DNA of 63,068 nucleotides, counting the filler, from Reticulomyxa filosa (lineage: Eukaryota; Protista; Foraminifera), in assembly GCA_000512085.1 (NCBI GenBank). It is 23 parts of 23 records of this genome, joined end to end, with 100 filler letters (N's around TTAATTAATTAA, not from the genome) between each part and the next. Parts side by side here need not be neighbours in the genome. Positions count along the whole stretch, not along the records: positions 50,053 to 53,107 come from ASPP01006689.1; positions 53,208 to 54,900 come from ASPP01017975.1; positions 55,001 to 57,464 come from ASPP01000008.1; positions 57,565 to 58,639 come from ASPP01023838.1; positions 58,740 to 60,129 come from ASPP01009328.1; positions 60,230 to 61,433 come from ASPP01001187.1; 17 more parts are not named here. The stretch is one strand, 5' to 3'. The notes under the pieces were generated by a model, which was given only the letters and a program-made list of their open reading frames with translations, was not told the origin of the DNA and made no database searches. The position numbers and the translations under genes were made by a program. Shown in pieces: positions 51,224-61,533 of the stretch (positions within the stretch are counted from its first letter, which is position 1; every line of letters begins with the position of its first letter).

Positions 51224-51545
51224 TTTCTTTTTTAAAAAAATAATAATAGTGATAATTTATTGCCTTTTGTGCAAATCTTCTCCCCATTTTAATAGAAAGA
51301 AAGTAGTTTCATTTTTGCCAGCTTTATTGCACGTTGCCAGGGTTTCTTTGTTTGTGTAATGTTTTATTACTTACTATTCAAACACTCGCAATACTTGGAA
51401 AGTGCGTCAATTGTTTCAAAATATAGATTTTTAGTTGCAAACACACTTTTATACAACTACTTAGTTTTTTTCAAAAAAAAAAAGAGAAATCAGGCAAAAA
51501 AAACAAGACAAAAGGAATTTTGAACAAATTTTTGTGTTGTTAGGA

Positions 51546-52982
51546 ATGTCCTCATTTGAGGTAATAGAGGGACCACCCGCTAACTCAGACGCAACACTAG
51601 CAGAAGAAGAAGATCTATCTCCAAATCAAATTTGGCCATCATGTTCGGATTCGACAATAATATCGAGTGCGGACGTGACAGCAGCAAGAACAGAGGAAGA
51701 GAAGAAAGAAGAGGAAAAGAAGGAGAGCGAAGAAGAGAAGAGTAGCAAAAGTTTGTTAGCATTTCCATTTTCAATATCGATGTCAATGTCATCGTTGTCA
51801 GACTGGACACAGCCATTGAACACATTGTTTTCGGAAGCGAAGCACCGTATTTACACGCTGTTGAGTTCGAATTCGGGTGCAATGTTTGCATGCACAAATC
51901 CACACTCGTTTAATTCGAGCGACACAGTGTGGATAATGGGGGAGGAGTATAAGTTACAACAGCAGCAGCAGCAGTCGAATGAAAAGAAAGAAGAAGAAGG
52001 AGAAGAAGGAGAAGAAGGAGAAGAGAAAGAAGAAGAAATGGACAAAGTATTGAAGAAATTGAAAAGTATAATATGGATAACATATCGAAATAACTTTGAA
52101 GTGATAAAAGGTTCAAAATACACAAGCGATGCAGGATGGGGATGTATGATTCGAACGACGCAGATGATGTTTGCACAAGGATTGTCTCGTTATTGGAATA
52201 ATAATGACAGCACACGTAATGACAATAATAAAAATGAAAATAAAGAGATAATAGATAAGCAAATTTTATCATATTTTAATGACAGTTACGATTCGAGTTT
52301 GAGTCTGCATAATATGTTAAAACACGGCGAGTGTTTGAAGAAAAGCACGGGTACGTGGTTCGGGCCGACAGAGGCATGCGTGATGATGGTGAAGAGTTTG
52401 GAGAGCTCGCCTTTGGCAAAGGAGTTGACAGGCCTCGTGGCGATGCATTCGAATGGCGTGATTTACAAATCAGAGATTATCAAACTATGTTGCGACGAAC
52501 AAAAAGTATGGAAAAAGGCAATCTTTATATTCGTGCCTTTGCGTCTCGGCTTGGATCAACTCAATGCCAATTACATTGCCGGCATTCTTGGCTGTTTGCA
52601 ATTCCGACATTCCATTGGCTTTGTCGGTGGCAAGCCACAACGCTCGCTCTATTTCGTTGGACATCAGAATCAACACTTATTCTATTTGGATCCACACACT
52701 GTCTTCGATTGCTCCGTTCCACACTCTGTTCCCACTTATTGTCATCTCGTCCAGTCCCTGTCCATACGCGAACTTGACCCCTCCATGGCGCTCGGCTTCT
52801 TCATTCGCGATCAACGCGATTTTGATCTCTTTTGGTCACAATGTCTCGAGTTCACCCAAATACCATTCCCCATCTTCACCGTTGGAGATCACGTACCTAC
52901 CTTCGATGATCGCTGGGAAGACGTATCCGTCAATAGTCATGATCATGGCTCTTCTGATGATTCCGAGTGGGAAAAATTGTAA
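51546..52982 (+). CDS. ATG4: Autophagy cysteine protease ATG4 (peptidase C54), complete and intronless
   Basis: WITYR, TSDAGWGCMIR, PLRLG, GGKP..SLYFVG, YLDPH, LDPSMALGF. Confidence 0.96.
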   Translation: MSSFEVIEGPPANSDATLAEEEDLSPNQIWPSCSDSTIISSADVTAARTEEEKKEEEKKESEEEKSSKSLLAFPFSISMSMSSLSDWTQPLNTLFSEAKHRIYTLLSSNSGAMFACTNPHSFNSSDTVWIMGEEYKLQQQQQQSNEKKEEEGEEGEEGEEKEEEMDKVLKKLKSIIWITYRNNFEVIKGSKYTSDAGWGCMIRTTQMMFAQGLSRYWNNNDSTRNDNNKNENKEIIDKQILSYFNDSYDSSLSLHNMLKHGECLKKSTGTWFGPTEACVMMVKSLESSPLAKELTGLVAMHSNGVIYKSEIIKLCCDEQKVWKKAIFIFVPLRLGLDQLNANYIAGILGCLQFRHSIGFVGGKPQRSLYFVGHQNQHLFYLDPHTVFDCSVPHSVPTYCHLVQSLSIRELDPSMALGFFIRDQRDFDLFWSQCLEFTQIPFPIFTVGDHVPTFDDRWEDVSVNSHDHGSSDDSEWEKL

Positions 52983-53237
52983 CACGGCAATTTGCTTTTT
53001 TCTTTCTTTTCTTTTCTTTTCTTTTCTTTTCGGGATCGTTCGTTGTTTGTTTTTTTTTTTTTCTTTTCTTTTCTTTTGTTTGGCCTATCCATCTTTTTTT
53101 CCCCCCCNNNNNNNNNNNNNNNNNNNNNNNNNNNNNNNNNNNNNNNNNNNNTTAATTAATTAANNNNNNNNNNNNNNNNNNNNNNNNNNNNNNNNNNNNN
53201 NNNNNNNAAAAAAAAAAAAAAAAAAAAAAAAAAAGAG

Positions 53238-53663
53238 AGCACGGAAAAATAGCAATTCCAAAACTATTGCGTATGTTCGATCCATACACGTACGGCAAAC
53301 CATTGTTTTATTATTGCGTGCAACAGCTGGCGATTAAAGATCGCGAATGTGTGTGGGACTATTTGATATTTTTGATGTCAGCACTTCCGAGTGGGGTGGC
53401 TGTGCGACTATTGCAGGAAAACAAAGAGCAGTTGTCAAAGCTGAGAATGGAATCTTTGGAAACTCTGTGTGAAGCCATGATTGAGGCCAGTGAGTTTCCA
53501 GCCGCAATGAGTCTGTATTTGGCCGCATTTATGAAAGAGCGTGCACAAAATGATTTGAGCAGAGAAGAGCAATTGATGGCTATTAGTGATCGATACATAA
53601 AAGTTTGTTTTTTTCTTCCTTCGATTTTTCAATCTGTCAATCCTCGAATTGTATTAACAATAA

Positions 53664-53718
<55 letters not shown>

Positions 53719-54505
53719 TTACATTTGAAATTTGAAGTACAGATTGCTCGAGGTTTATTAGAAAAAATTGAAAGTGATCATTTGTTAGCGATAATGTTTG
53801 AAATTCCGTCAAGTATTCATGACATGTCGTTATTTGATATCGCATTGCGCTTTGAGCTGTATTCATTCTTAGACTTTCATCGACTTCCTCCTCTAATGCT
53901 GCAAATGTGGTACAAATACGAGTACTTGGATCCCAAAGAAAACTTTATTCAAGTCGAAAAAAGCAATTTCAAACTGCTGCGAACTCTGTTTTATACGCCC
54001 AATCGCTTCTATTTTACGCCCGTTGGTCAATATATCACCAAAGCCTGGCTCTATCTTTTATACGTGCTGTACGTGTCTTGGATTACGTACCAACAAATCT
54101 ATCCTTATCAAGGTATTCGGACGCAAGAATACGTGTTGTGGATTTTGAATTTGGGATTTGTGAGTTTCGAATTGGTGGAGTTGATATTTGATGGAAGAGA
54201 TTACTTTAGCGAGTTGGTCAATTGTTGGGATAGTCTCATTTGCCTCATTTGGGTGGTTTTGGCTTTAATGCGTTTCAGCATTTCTGCTCTCTCTTTTTCT
54301 CGAACCAAGCACTCTGAATCCGGGTCCGAGTATTCCTTGCAACAGCGAAATACCTCGCGCACTTCCATCTTCATGCTCTTATGGGGAGCTCAATGTGTCT
54401 TGTTGTGGACCCGATTGGCCAGCTTTTTGCAGAGAAACCCCTCCACTGGTTCTTTGCTCACTATGATTGTCAAAATGGCTTCTGACATTCTTGTTATATT
54501 ATATT

Positions 54506-54549
<44 letters not shown>

Positions 54550-54855
54550 CAAATACTGTTACACTCCTTTGCTTTGACGTATAGAACTTTTTAATTATAT
54601 TGGTCTTATTTTCAGCAGGGTTTGTTCTAGCATTGTATTATATTGTCGCGCATGACCTAGATACCGGATTGACATCCTTCCCTGAAGTCATGCTGTTCAT
54701 CGTTCAGACCCTGCTGGGACAAGAAAACTGGGATGCTGTCAACTCCATTGTTGATGAGAACAATAACCAAACTTTCAGGTTCAGTCCAGATCGATCCAGG
54801 CTTGCACAAGGGGTTATTTTGCTGTATAGTGTCATTGGAACTATCATTTTGTTAT
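53238..54855 (+). CDS. TRP-like 6-TM cation channel, internal exons
   Basis: FYFTPVGQY (pre-S1), YFSELVNCWD (S2-S3), WTRL..TGSLLTMIVKMASDIL (S4-S5), FIVQTLLGQENW (pore), ILLYSVIGTIILL (S6). Confidence 0.82.
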
Positions 54856-55227
54856 TTTCTTTTTCCAAACAAACCGCATATCTAATATATATACATATAT
54901 NNNNNNNNNNNNNNNNNNNNNNNNNNNNNNNNNNNNNNNNNNNNTTAATTAATTAANNNNNNNNNNNNNNNNNNNNNNNNNNNNNNNNNNNNNNNNNNNN
55001 AATCATGACACCACTTTGGTCAACTTTTTTTAACTTTACAAAGATTCAATAAACAAAACAAAACAAAAAAATTATTTGTGTGCCTTGTTTATAAGTGCGC
55101 CCACAACCGAATTTTTTTATCATAAGAGCAAGTTACTTATTAAATTACCGTCAGCCGAAACATTTAATCCTGTTATATACTTCAAATGCCCTTCCAGTTT
55201 CTGTATTTGAATTCCAAGCTTTATATC

Positions 55228-55895
55228 CTACAATCGAATCGTACAATCACCCAAGCACGCCTCGACTTTGTTCATCTGAAAGATCTTTATGTTTGCAACC
55301 GAAGAATTATAAGAGCCGAATGTGTTCAATTTTGTCCTTGACACTACATCCCATATTGCAATAGTTCCATCTTCTGAACAAGATACAATAGAAGAGCCAT
55401 CAGGAGAAAATTGTGCTTTTTCTGTGCTATATGTATGTCCTTCCAATCTGTCAATTCTTTCACCTGATTGCACATCCCAAATTCCAATCGTACAATCGTC
55501 TGCTGACACAATGAATTGGCCATTTGGCGAAAATTGCGCATCATTTATGCTACGTGAATATCCTTGCAATGTTTGCACCTCTTGTTCGGACTGCATATCC
55601 CATATCCTTATTGTATTGTCATATGAATAAGACACAATATATTTTCCATCTGCTGAAAGCCTAGCACGTAGCACTGGCTCTGTATGCAGTACTTGTAATG
55701 GCTTGAAATATTGTAGCTGTTCATTTTCGTATGTGTAATGAATCCACACGCAATAGCAAAGAAAAATACAAAAAATATACCAAAATATATCGCAGAATAA
55801 TCATATTGAAATCTTCAGTCCATTCCATGTTATCGATTGATGATGAATATATCCAATGTTTAATTATAATTTCAATTTTTCTTTTTTTTCCCCAT
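55228..55895 (-). CDS. Short WD40 protein with a divergent N-terminal box module (intact or recent pseudogene)
   Basis: Exon about 55895-55781 (KIEIIIKHWIYSSSIDNMEWTEDFNMIILRYIL; the A8 run is out of frame with the ATG) and exon 55716-55228 (LQYFKPL.. about 4 WD40 repeats). Confidence 0.75.
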
Positions 55896-56251
55896 CCTCC
55901 CTTTGTATTATGAATCTCCTTTCACAAAAAGAAAATGATCAACATTCAAAAAAAAAAAAAAAGAATTAAGATTTTGTATGATTTTCTACGCTTTTATTAA
56001 AAACCCAAATACATTTTTGGATTTTTCACGATGTGTAGACATCGTCTAAAAAAAGAATTTTAATAAATGTTAAATTTTCATGAAGGAATACATGTTCATA
56101 TACGTTCATTTTTTTCTTTCGATTGTAAGTTAAAGTCACAAAAAAAAAACTTGTTTGATATAATGGTTATAATATTAAAATCCATAAGATAAAAAAATTG
56201 TTTGAAAAATAAAAGGAGAATAGTAAATTAAAAGTTGATCTGGCATAATGA

Positions 56252-56491
56252 AAGATTCCTCTTCAAGTCCAGCGTAAAATTATTAAGTTGCTTGTTGCTG
56301 GAACGTGCGATACAGCAAAAGATGTAAAAAAAGAATTAGATAACGACTATAAAATTAAAGTATCATACTCAACTGTTACAAAAATGCCAAAAAAAAAATT
56401 ATTTAACTGCAGTGACTAAGAAAAAGAGCCATATTTAGATTATAGTCATATCAAGGCTAGTCTAGAATTTGCATATCAATACAAGAAATAC
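56252..56491 (+). mobile_element. Tc1-family transposase remnant (second HTH region), frameshifted; not in the ORF track
   Basis: KIPLQVQRKIIKLLVAGTCDTAKDVKKELDNDYKIKVSYSTVTKM / LTAVTKKK / PYLDYSHIKASLEFAYQYK fits the Tc1 pattern TA..V...L..VS..TV..L..KKP.L...H...RL.FA. Confidence 0.75.
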
Positions 56492-57229
56492 ATGTAAGAT
56501 ATATAGTTGAATAAATTCTGAAATTTATAAAGAAATATTATAAGATTATACGCTAAACAGTTTGCAATATTGCAGCATTGACATTCAATTGTGACAAGCG
56601 CTAATCGAATCAAGCAAAAAGCATACTTTGAATCCATTTTAATCGTCAAACCTAGATATTGAAGGGAATTAGCACTATCATTAATAAATTTTTTTTGAAA
56701 AGAAAACACAGTGTTCTGCTCCTTTTAACTGTGCAAACAAAACTTGTAAACAATGAAATATACTTTTATAAGAATTGTATAGAGAAATTGTGATAATCAC
56801 TCATCAACAGATGTATGGTCGTCTGGTCAAAATGATATATTTATTCCATTGTTCGTTCTAAGCAAAGACAGAAAATTGTATACATTAAATGTAATGTTGG
56901 AAGAAGTACATTTTTGAAATTAGTGATATATAAGATTTCAGGAGGACTTAGGAAACGTTGGAGGAAGTGGAAGAAGTAGTTGCTCCATCTTCATGTCGTA
57001 CAATCATCGTCTCAAAAAGTTGCATTTACATTGCTTAGTTTTCCAAAGCAAACAAAGAAATTATTTGCACTATTTGATGCTGTTGACTTACCCAGTGAAT
57101 AAACTTGTACTGTTAACAATAAAACAAAATCCTCAAAAAAAGACCCTTTCTTTTTAAAAAAAATTACATCATTACAAACATATATATATATTTATATATA
57201 TATATAAACTACAAAAAATCGTGGAGCAA

Positions 57230-57464
57230 ATGGAGGACCCCTCTCCCTTTGAGCAATTGCTTGCCTTGCCGCAATCACTTGGACTAACGCAATGTGTGGT
57301 GCATGACGACGAGCTGTTGATTTGCGGCGGTTGGAATAAGAACGAGTGTTACTCGTACCACACGAAGAAGAAGCAATACAAGTATATTTGCAGTTACCCG
57401 CAAGACATGTACTTGTTGGGACACTGTGTGGTGAAGAGTGAGAAGAATATTCTAATGAGCAGTA
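57230..57464 (+). CDS. Kelch-like family protein 5' end
   Basis: PFEQLLALP..QCVVHDDELLICGGWNKNECYSYHTKKKQYKYICSYP..GHCVV. Confidence 0.8.
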
Positions 57465-57564
57465 NNNNNNNNNNNNNNNNNNNNNNNNNNNNNNNNNNNN
57501 NNNNNNNNTTAATTAATTAANNNNNNNNNNNNNNNNNNNNNNNNNNNNNNNNNNNNNNNNNNNN

Positions 57565-58285
57565 TTGTGACTATTAATAATATTAAAACAAACATGAAAA
57601 AGACTGAGACGGAAATGAAATAAGGAATGTGGTAGATCAGCGGCTTACTCCAAAACGGTTCGGTAGATTGCGCATGGTCAAAGGACTGGTTTAAAAACAA
57701 AAACAACAACGCCAAAAAGATCCCAACTGTCCCTGCGATTTTGAACCCGTCCACGGCATTTTGTTGAGCGTCTGATAGACCATATACTAGTGCTCCTTTG
57801 TCACACTGCAACCCACAGTCACTCAGCGATATTCCCAGATTTGACTTTTCTATTCTCATCAATCACACACACAAATTATAGTCGATAGGTCCTTTTTCCC
57901 CTCTTTCTTTAACTTTCAGCGCTGCACGTCACAAAAAAAAAAAAAAAAAAAGGGGCTTTATTTAGCTTTACAAAACTTCCTGCATTCGATATTGGGTTTG
58001 GTTGATATTTTGAAAATACCAATGGAGACACACAATAGGAAGACGCTGCTGTATGTGCTGTGGTGGTGGTAGTGGTGGAAGCCGATGAAGTTGTTGATAC
58101 TTCAGTAGTAGTGGCGTTGGTATTGTCTGTTCAATTTTTCAAAACACGGTACATTGTTTGGTGTAACTCCCTTTTCCGGACAAACAAATGATAGACAAAA
58201 ACAAACTTGCGCCATCTACAGACTGCAGCATGCATTGCGCAAAAATACCTAATAATAGTAATACATTCAATGTTGGTCCCCTCAT
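57565..58285 (-). CDS. Signal-peptide membrane protein, possibly a frizzled/smoothened-like GPCR without CRD, 3' truncated
   Basis: Three exons in consistent phase: signal MRGPTLNVLLLLGIFAQCMLQSVDGA; Thr/Ser stalk with YCVSPLV; CGLQC then two TM segments. Confidence 0.55.
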
Positions 58286-58740
58286 TTGGATTTATCATAG
58301 CAAATGAAAAAAACTCACAATGGGCAAAGTAAAAAAAACATTAACCACTATACGTATTGTGTGGAATTTCGTGTTACATGATATTCAAGAAAATTTTTCT
58401 GTAAAATTAGTCCTTAAACAATAGTCAACAATAAAAGAAAAACTGTTACGTGATCCACTCAGAAATGTCGTGTGAGTTAACAAGTATTTGTACCGAATAT
58501 ATCTCTAAATATGTTGGTATCATTGAAAGTAGACCCAAAAAATTGATTTTTCGAGACGCAACCAGCTCGGAAAATCAAAAGACAGCTGCATCATTCCAGC
58601 TAACAAAAGAAAAAATTGAAACAACTCAAAATCGAGAAANNNNNNNNNNNNNNNNNNNNNNNNNNNNNNNNNNNNNNNNNNNNTTAATTAATTAANNNNN
58701 NNNNNNNNNNNNNNNNNNNNNNNNNNNNNNNNNNNNNNNA

Positions 58741-59097
58741 TCATCTGGAAAACAAATTCAATCTTTAGAAGGCCATTCAGATGATATTAATTCTGTTCAA
58801 TTTTCACCTGATGGTAACAGAATTGTATCTGGTTCATCTGATAACACCATTCGTTTGCATGATTCGTTTTCCGCTCGCGTTGCTGGCATATCTGATGTTT
58901 CGAGTAATTCAATTTTGGTTGCGGATGACAGAAAATTTTTGTCAGATTTGCAAAATAAAAAGCCTTTGTGGAAATGCATTTGGCAAGGTGGCGTTCAAAG
59001 TACTGGCTTATCATTAAAGAGCAGTAATTGGAAAGATGCAAAAGGTGTAACTCTTTTGCAGATGTCAGTTGTTGAACAATATGGTGGAACTTTTTGA
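58741..59097 (+). CDS. C-terminus of a WD40 protein of the NACHT/NB-ARC-WD40 type
   Basis: SSGKQIQSLEGHSDDINSVQFSPDGNRIVSGSSDNTIRL, then CIWQGG..GLSLKSSNWKDAKGVTLLQMSVVEQYGGTF*. Confidence 0.7.
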   Translation, partial: SSGKQIQSLEGHSDDINSVQFSPDGNRIVSGSSDNTIRLHDSFSARVAGISDVSSNSILVADDRKFLSDLQNKKPLWKCIWQGGVQSTGLSLKSSNWKDAKGVTLLQMSVVEQYGGTF

Positions 59098-60229
59098 GTT
59101 TTTTTTTTTCTATATGAAAAATAGCTATTTTGAATTTTTTTTGTTTTTACTTGAATAAGTATTAATTTTTTGCTTGTATATTTGATTGAAATGACCACAT
59201 TGAGACCAGTGGAAATTTTTCAGTATACGTAAGACGGATGACAGCTTTGTTTTTATTTCTATGCTGTTCAATTCGTGATTCTGTCACTTTTTTAAAACAA
59301 ACTATAAACGGTTTTCTCACATAAGAAAAATAAACAATTTTATTTTTTATATTTTTCGAAATATTTACTTTCATTTTTGACTTATAAATTGCTGCACATA
59401 ATGCTACGTCATATTTAAGCATTCTGCATTGAATTGTACATGACAAACTGGAATTATGTTGTCTCAAATATTGAAATAGTAGAAGATCTTATATGATGAA
59501 TTAAAAATATTAACAGAAATGTGTTTGATGATTGTTAATTTATTTCAAAATATGCAATGTTTATACACCATCAAATCTGGATTGTCATATGAATTGAAAG
59601 TAAATAAAATAAGACAACACGCAATGAATAGCATTGAAATTAAGATTTTAGTGATAGAAATGTAAAAATACAAAATCACAGTTGTGAGACCATCAAGTTT
59701 AAAAGGAAGTGAAAGATTATTAGAAAAGGCTCAAGTAGATTATGGTAGTGATCTTAATCAAGCACTTGATATTGTTACAGTCAGATGGGAAAAGGCAGAA
59801 CAATTCAATTTGATTGTATCTGAAGATAAAGACTTCTTCGATAAACAACCATAATATTAAATTATATATTCAAAATACAATGTATATATTGAAATACAAG
59901 CAATATTGAAAAAGTTTACAACATTGGAAGGATATACTGTCATTAAAAATCCAAAATTAAATCATTTATTCTATATACATGTTCTGGCGTGAGACCTAAT
60001 AATCAAATAGAAGAAAAAGAAGTAAAACAAGCAAGTAATAAAACATTGACCAAAATCAATTGTATAAATGTGATATTCACAAACTTAGTAAATATAAAAT
60101 TGACAAAAAACAATGAATTGCAAAAACTANNNNNNNNNNNNNNNNNNNNNNNNNNNNNNNNNNNNNNNNNNNNTTAATTAATTAANNNNNNNNNNNNNNN
60201 NNNNNNNNNNNNNNNNNNNNNNNNNNNNN

Positions 60230-60427
60230 CAATTGTGCGATATCCGCATTAAATTGAAAAGTCTCAGCTTCTCTGCTAGACTTCAAATACTCTTTTGCTT
60301 CCATTTCTTCCTGGGTCTTTGTTTTTTTCTGGACATCTTCATTATTTGCCGTTTCCTCTTGTTGAGGTTTTTCCTCATTTACATTTTTTATTGTTGGCGC
60401 GGGTGGGTTCTTATTATTTTCAGTCAT
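60230..60427 (-). CDS. HSP90: Hsp90-family 5' end
   Basis: AETFQFNADIAQL, the conserved first Hsp90 motif, at the contig end. Confidence 0.8.
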
Positions 60428-60987
60428 TTTTTTTTTTCTCTCAATAAACGAGTGAACAACAAGCAAGCTTTAAAAAAGAAAAAAAAAAAAGGCTCCTAAA
60501 CTTCCTACTCTGACGTTCACAAAACTCCACTGTTTCACTGGTTACTAAAAAATAATTATTTTTTTGTCATTTGAAAAGAAAGTTCAATAATATGTAAAAT
60601 TTTGATGTGTTTTCGTGTGCTACATTCCTGCGACAACTGATAATTTCCTGTGGACCAACCGTTTCTTTGATTTATATTTGGTATGTGCAAAAAAAAGAAT
60701 TGGTTTCCTTACATGATGAAATGATTTGCTTTTGGCAGAAAATACATTTGAAGCTCAATGATCAAGGGCACGCATCAGTTAAAAAAGTTTTTTCCCTTAA
60801 CAATTTTTGATACTATTAATTCAGTGTTCACACAGTTCATGACGTCTTCGGTAGTGCACATTCAATTCCAATTTAATTGGACCATTTTTACCCAATTTGA
60901 CGAAAAAGGACACTACTGCATCAAGACAAACTAGACAAACGAATCTAGTTCTTTACATGGAACTTTGACCCCCTTCGATAATTTCCA

Positions 60988-61406
60988 ATGATAAGGCTTT
61001 TCTTCTGTCTTCTTGGTATTTTGCTGGTTCATTCGTCCTCGTGGCCCTTACCACTTCTAAATCACGTTCATGATTATTCGTATGACGAAATCGTGTATCG
61101 TTTGGAGCTGTTGCAAGGCCGATATCCCAACTTGATAAAAGTGGACAAAGGACCAGAGCGCTACGGAGTGCATTGGCCAACTTTGAAAAGTGGGGGAAGA
61201 AGTGAAGTGTTCCTCCGTGTACGGACGGATGTGAGCACTACATAGTGACAGTAACAAACCACAAGACCTGGTCGTCGAATGACGAAGCGAGCTCCTCAAA
61301 AAGAGGTTTGCAAAGCAGCAACACGGAAGCATTACCGACAAATGCGCGTCCACAGATATTTTTCAGCGGAGCACTGCATGGAGACGAGCGGAAGATGAAG
61401 CGATAA
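60988..61406 (+). pseudogene. M14 zinc carboxypeptidase 5' part, frameshifted and truncated
   Basis: Signal peptide and YSYDEIVYRLELLQGRYPNLI; in another frame HYIVTVTN..RPQIFFSGALHGDER (HxxE), then KMKR*. Confidence 0.7.
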
Positions 61407-61533
61407 CCAAATGCACTCCTCAGACTTATGGAGNNNNNNNNNNNNNNNNNNNNNNNNNNNNNNNNNNNNNNNNNNNNTTAATTAATTAANNNNNNNNNNN
61501 NNNNNNNNNNNNNNNNNNNNNNNNNNNNNNNNN

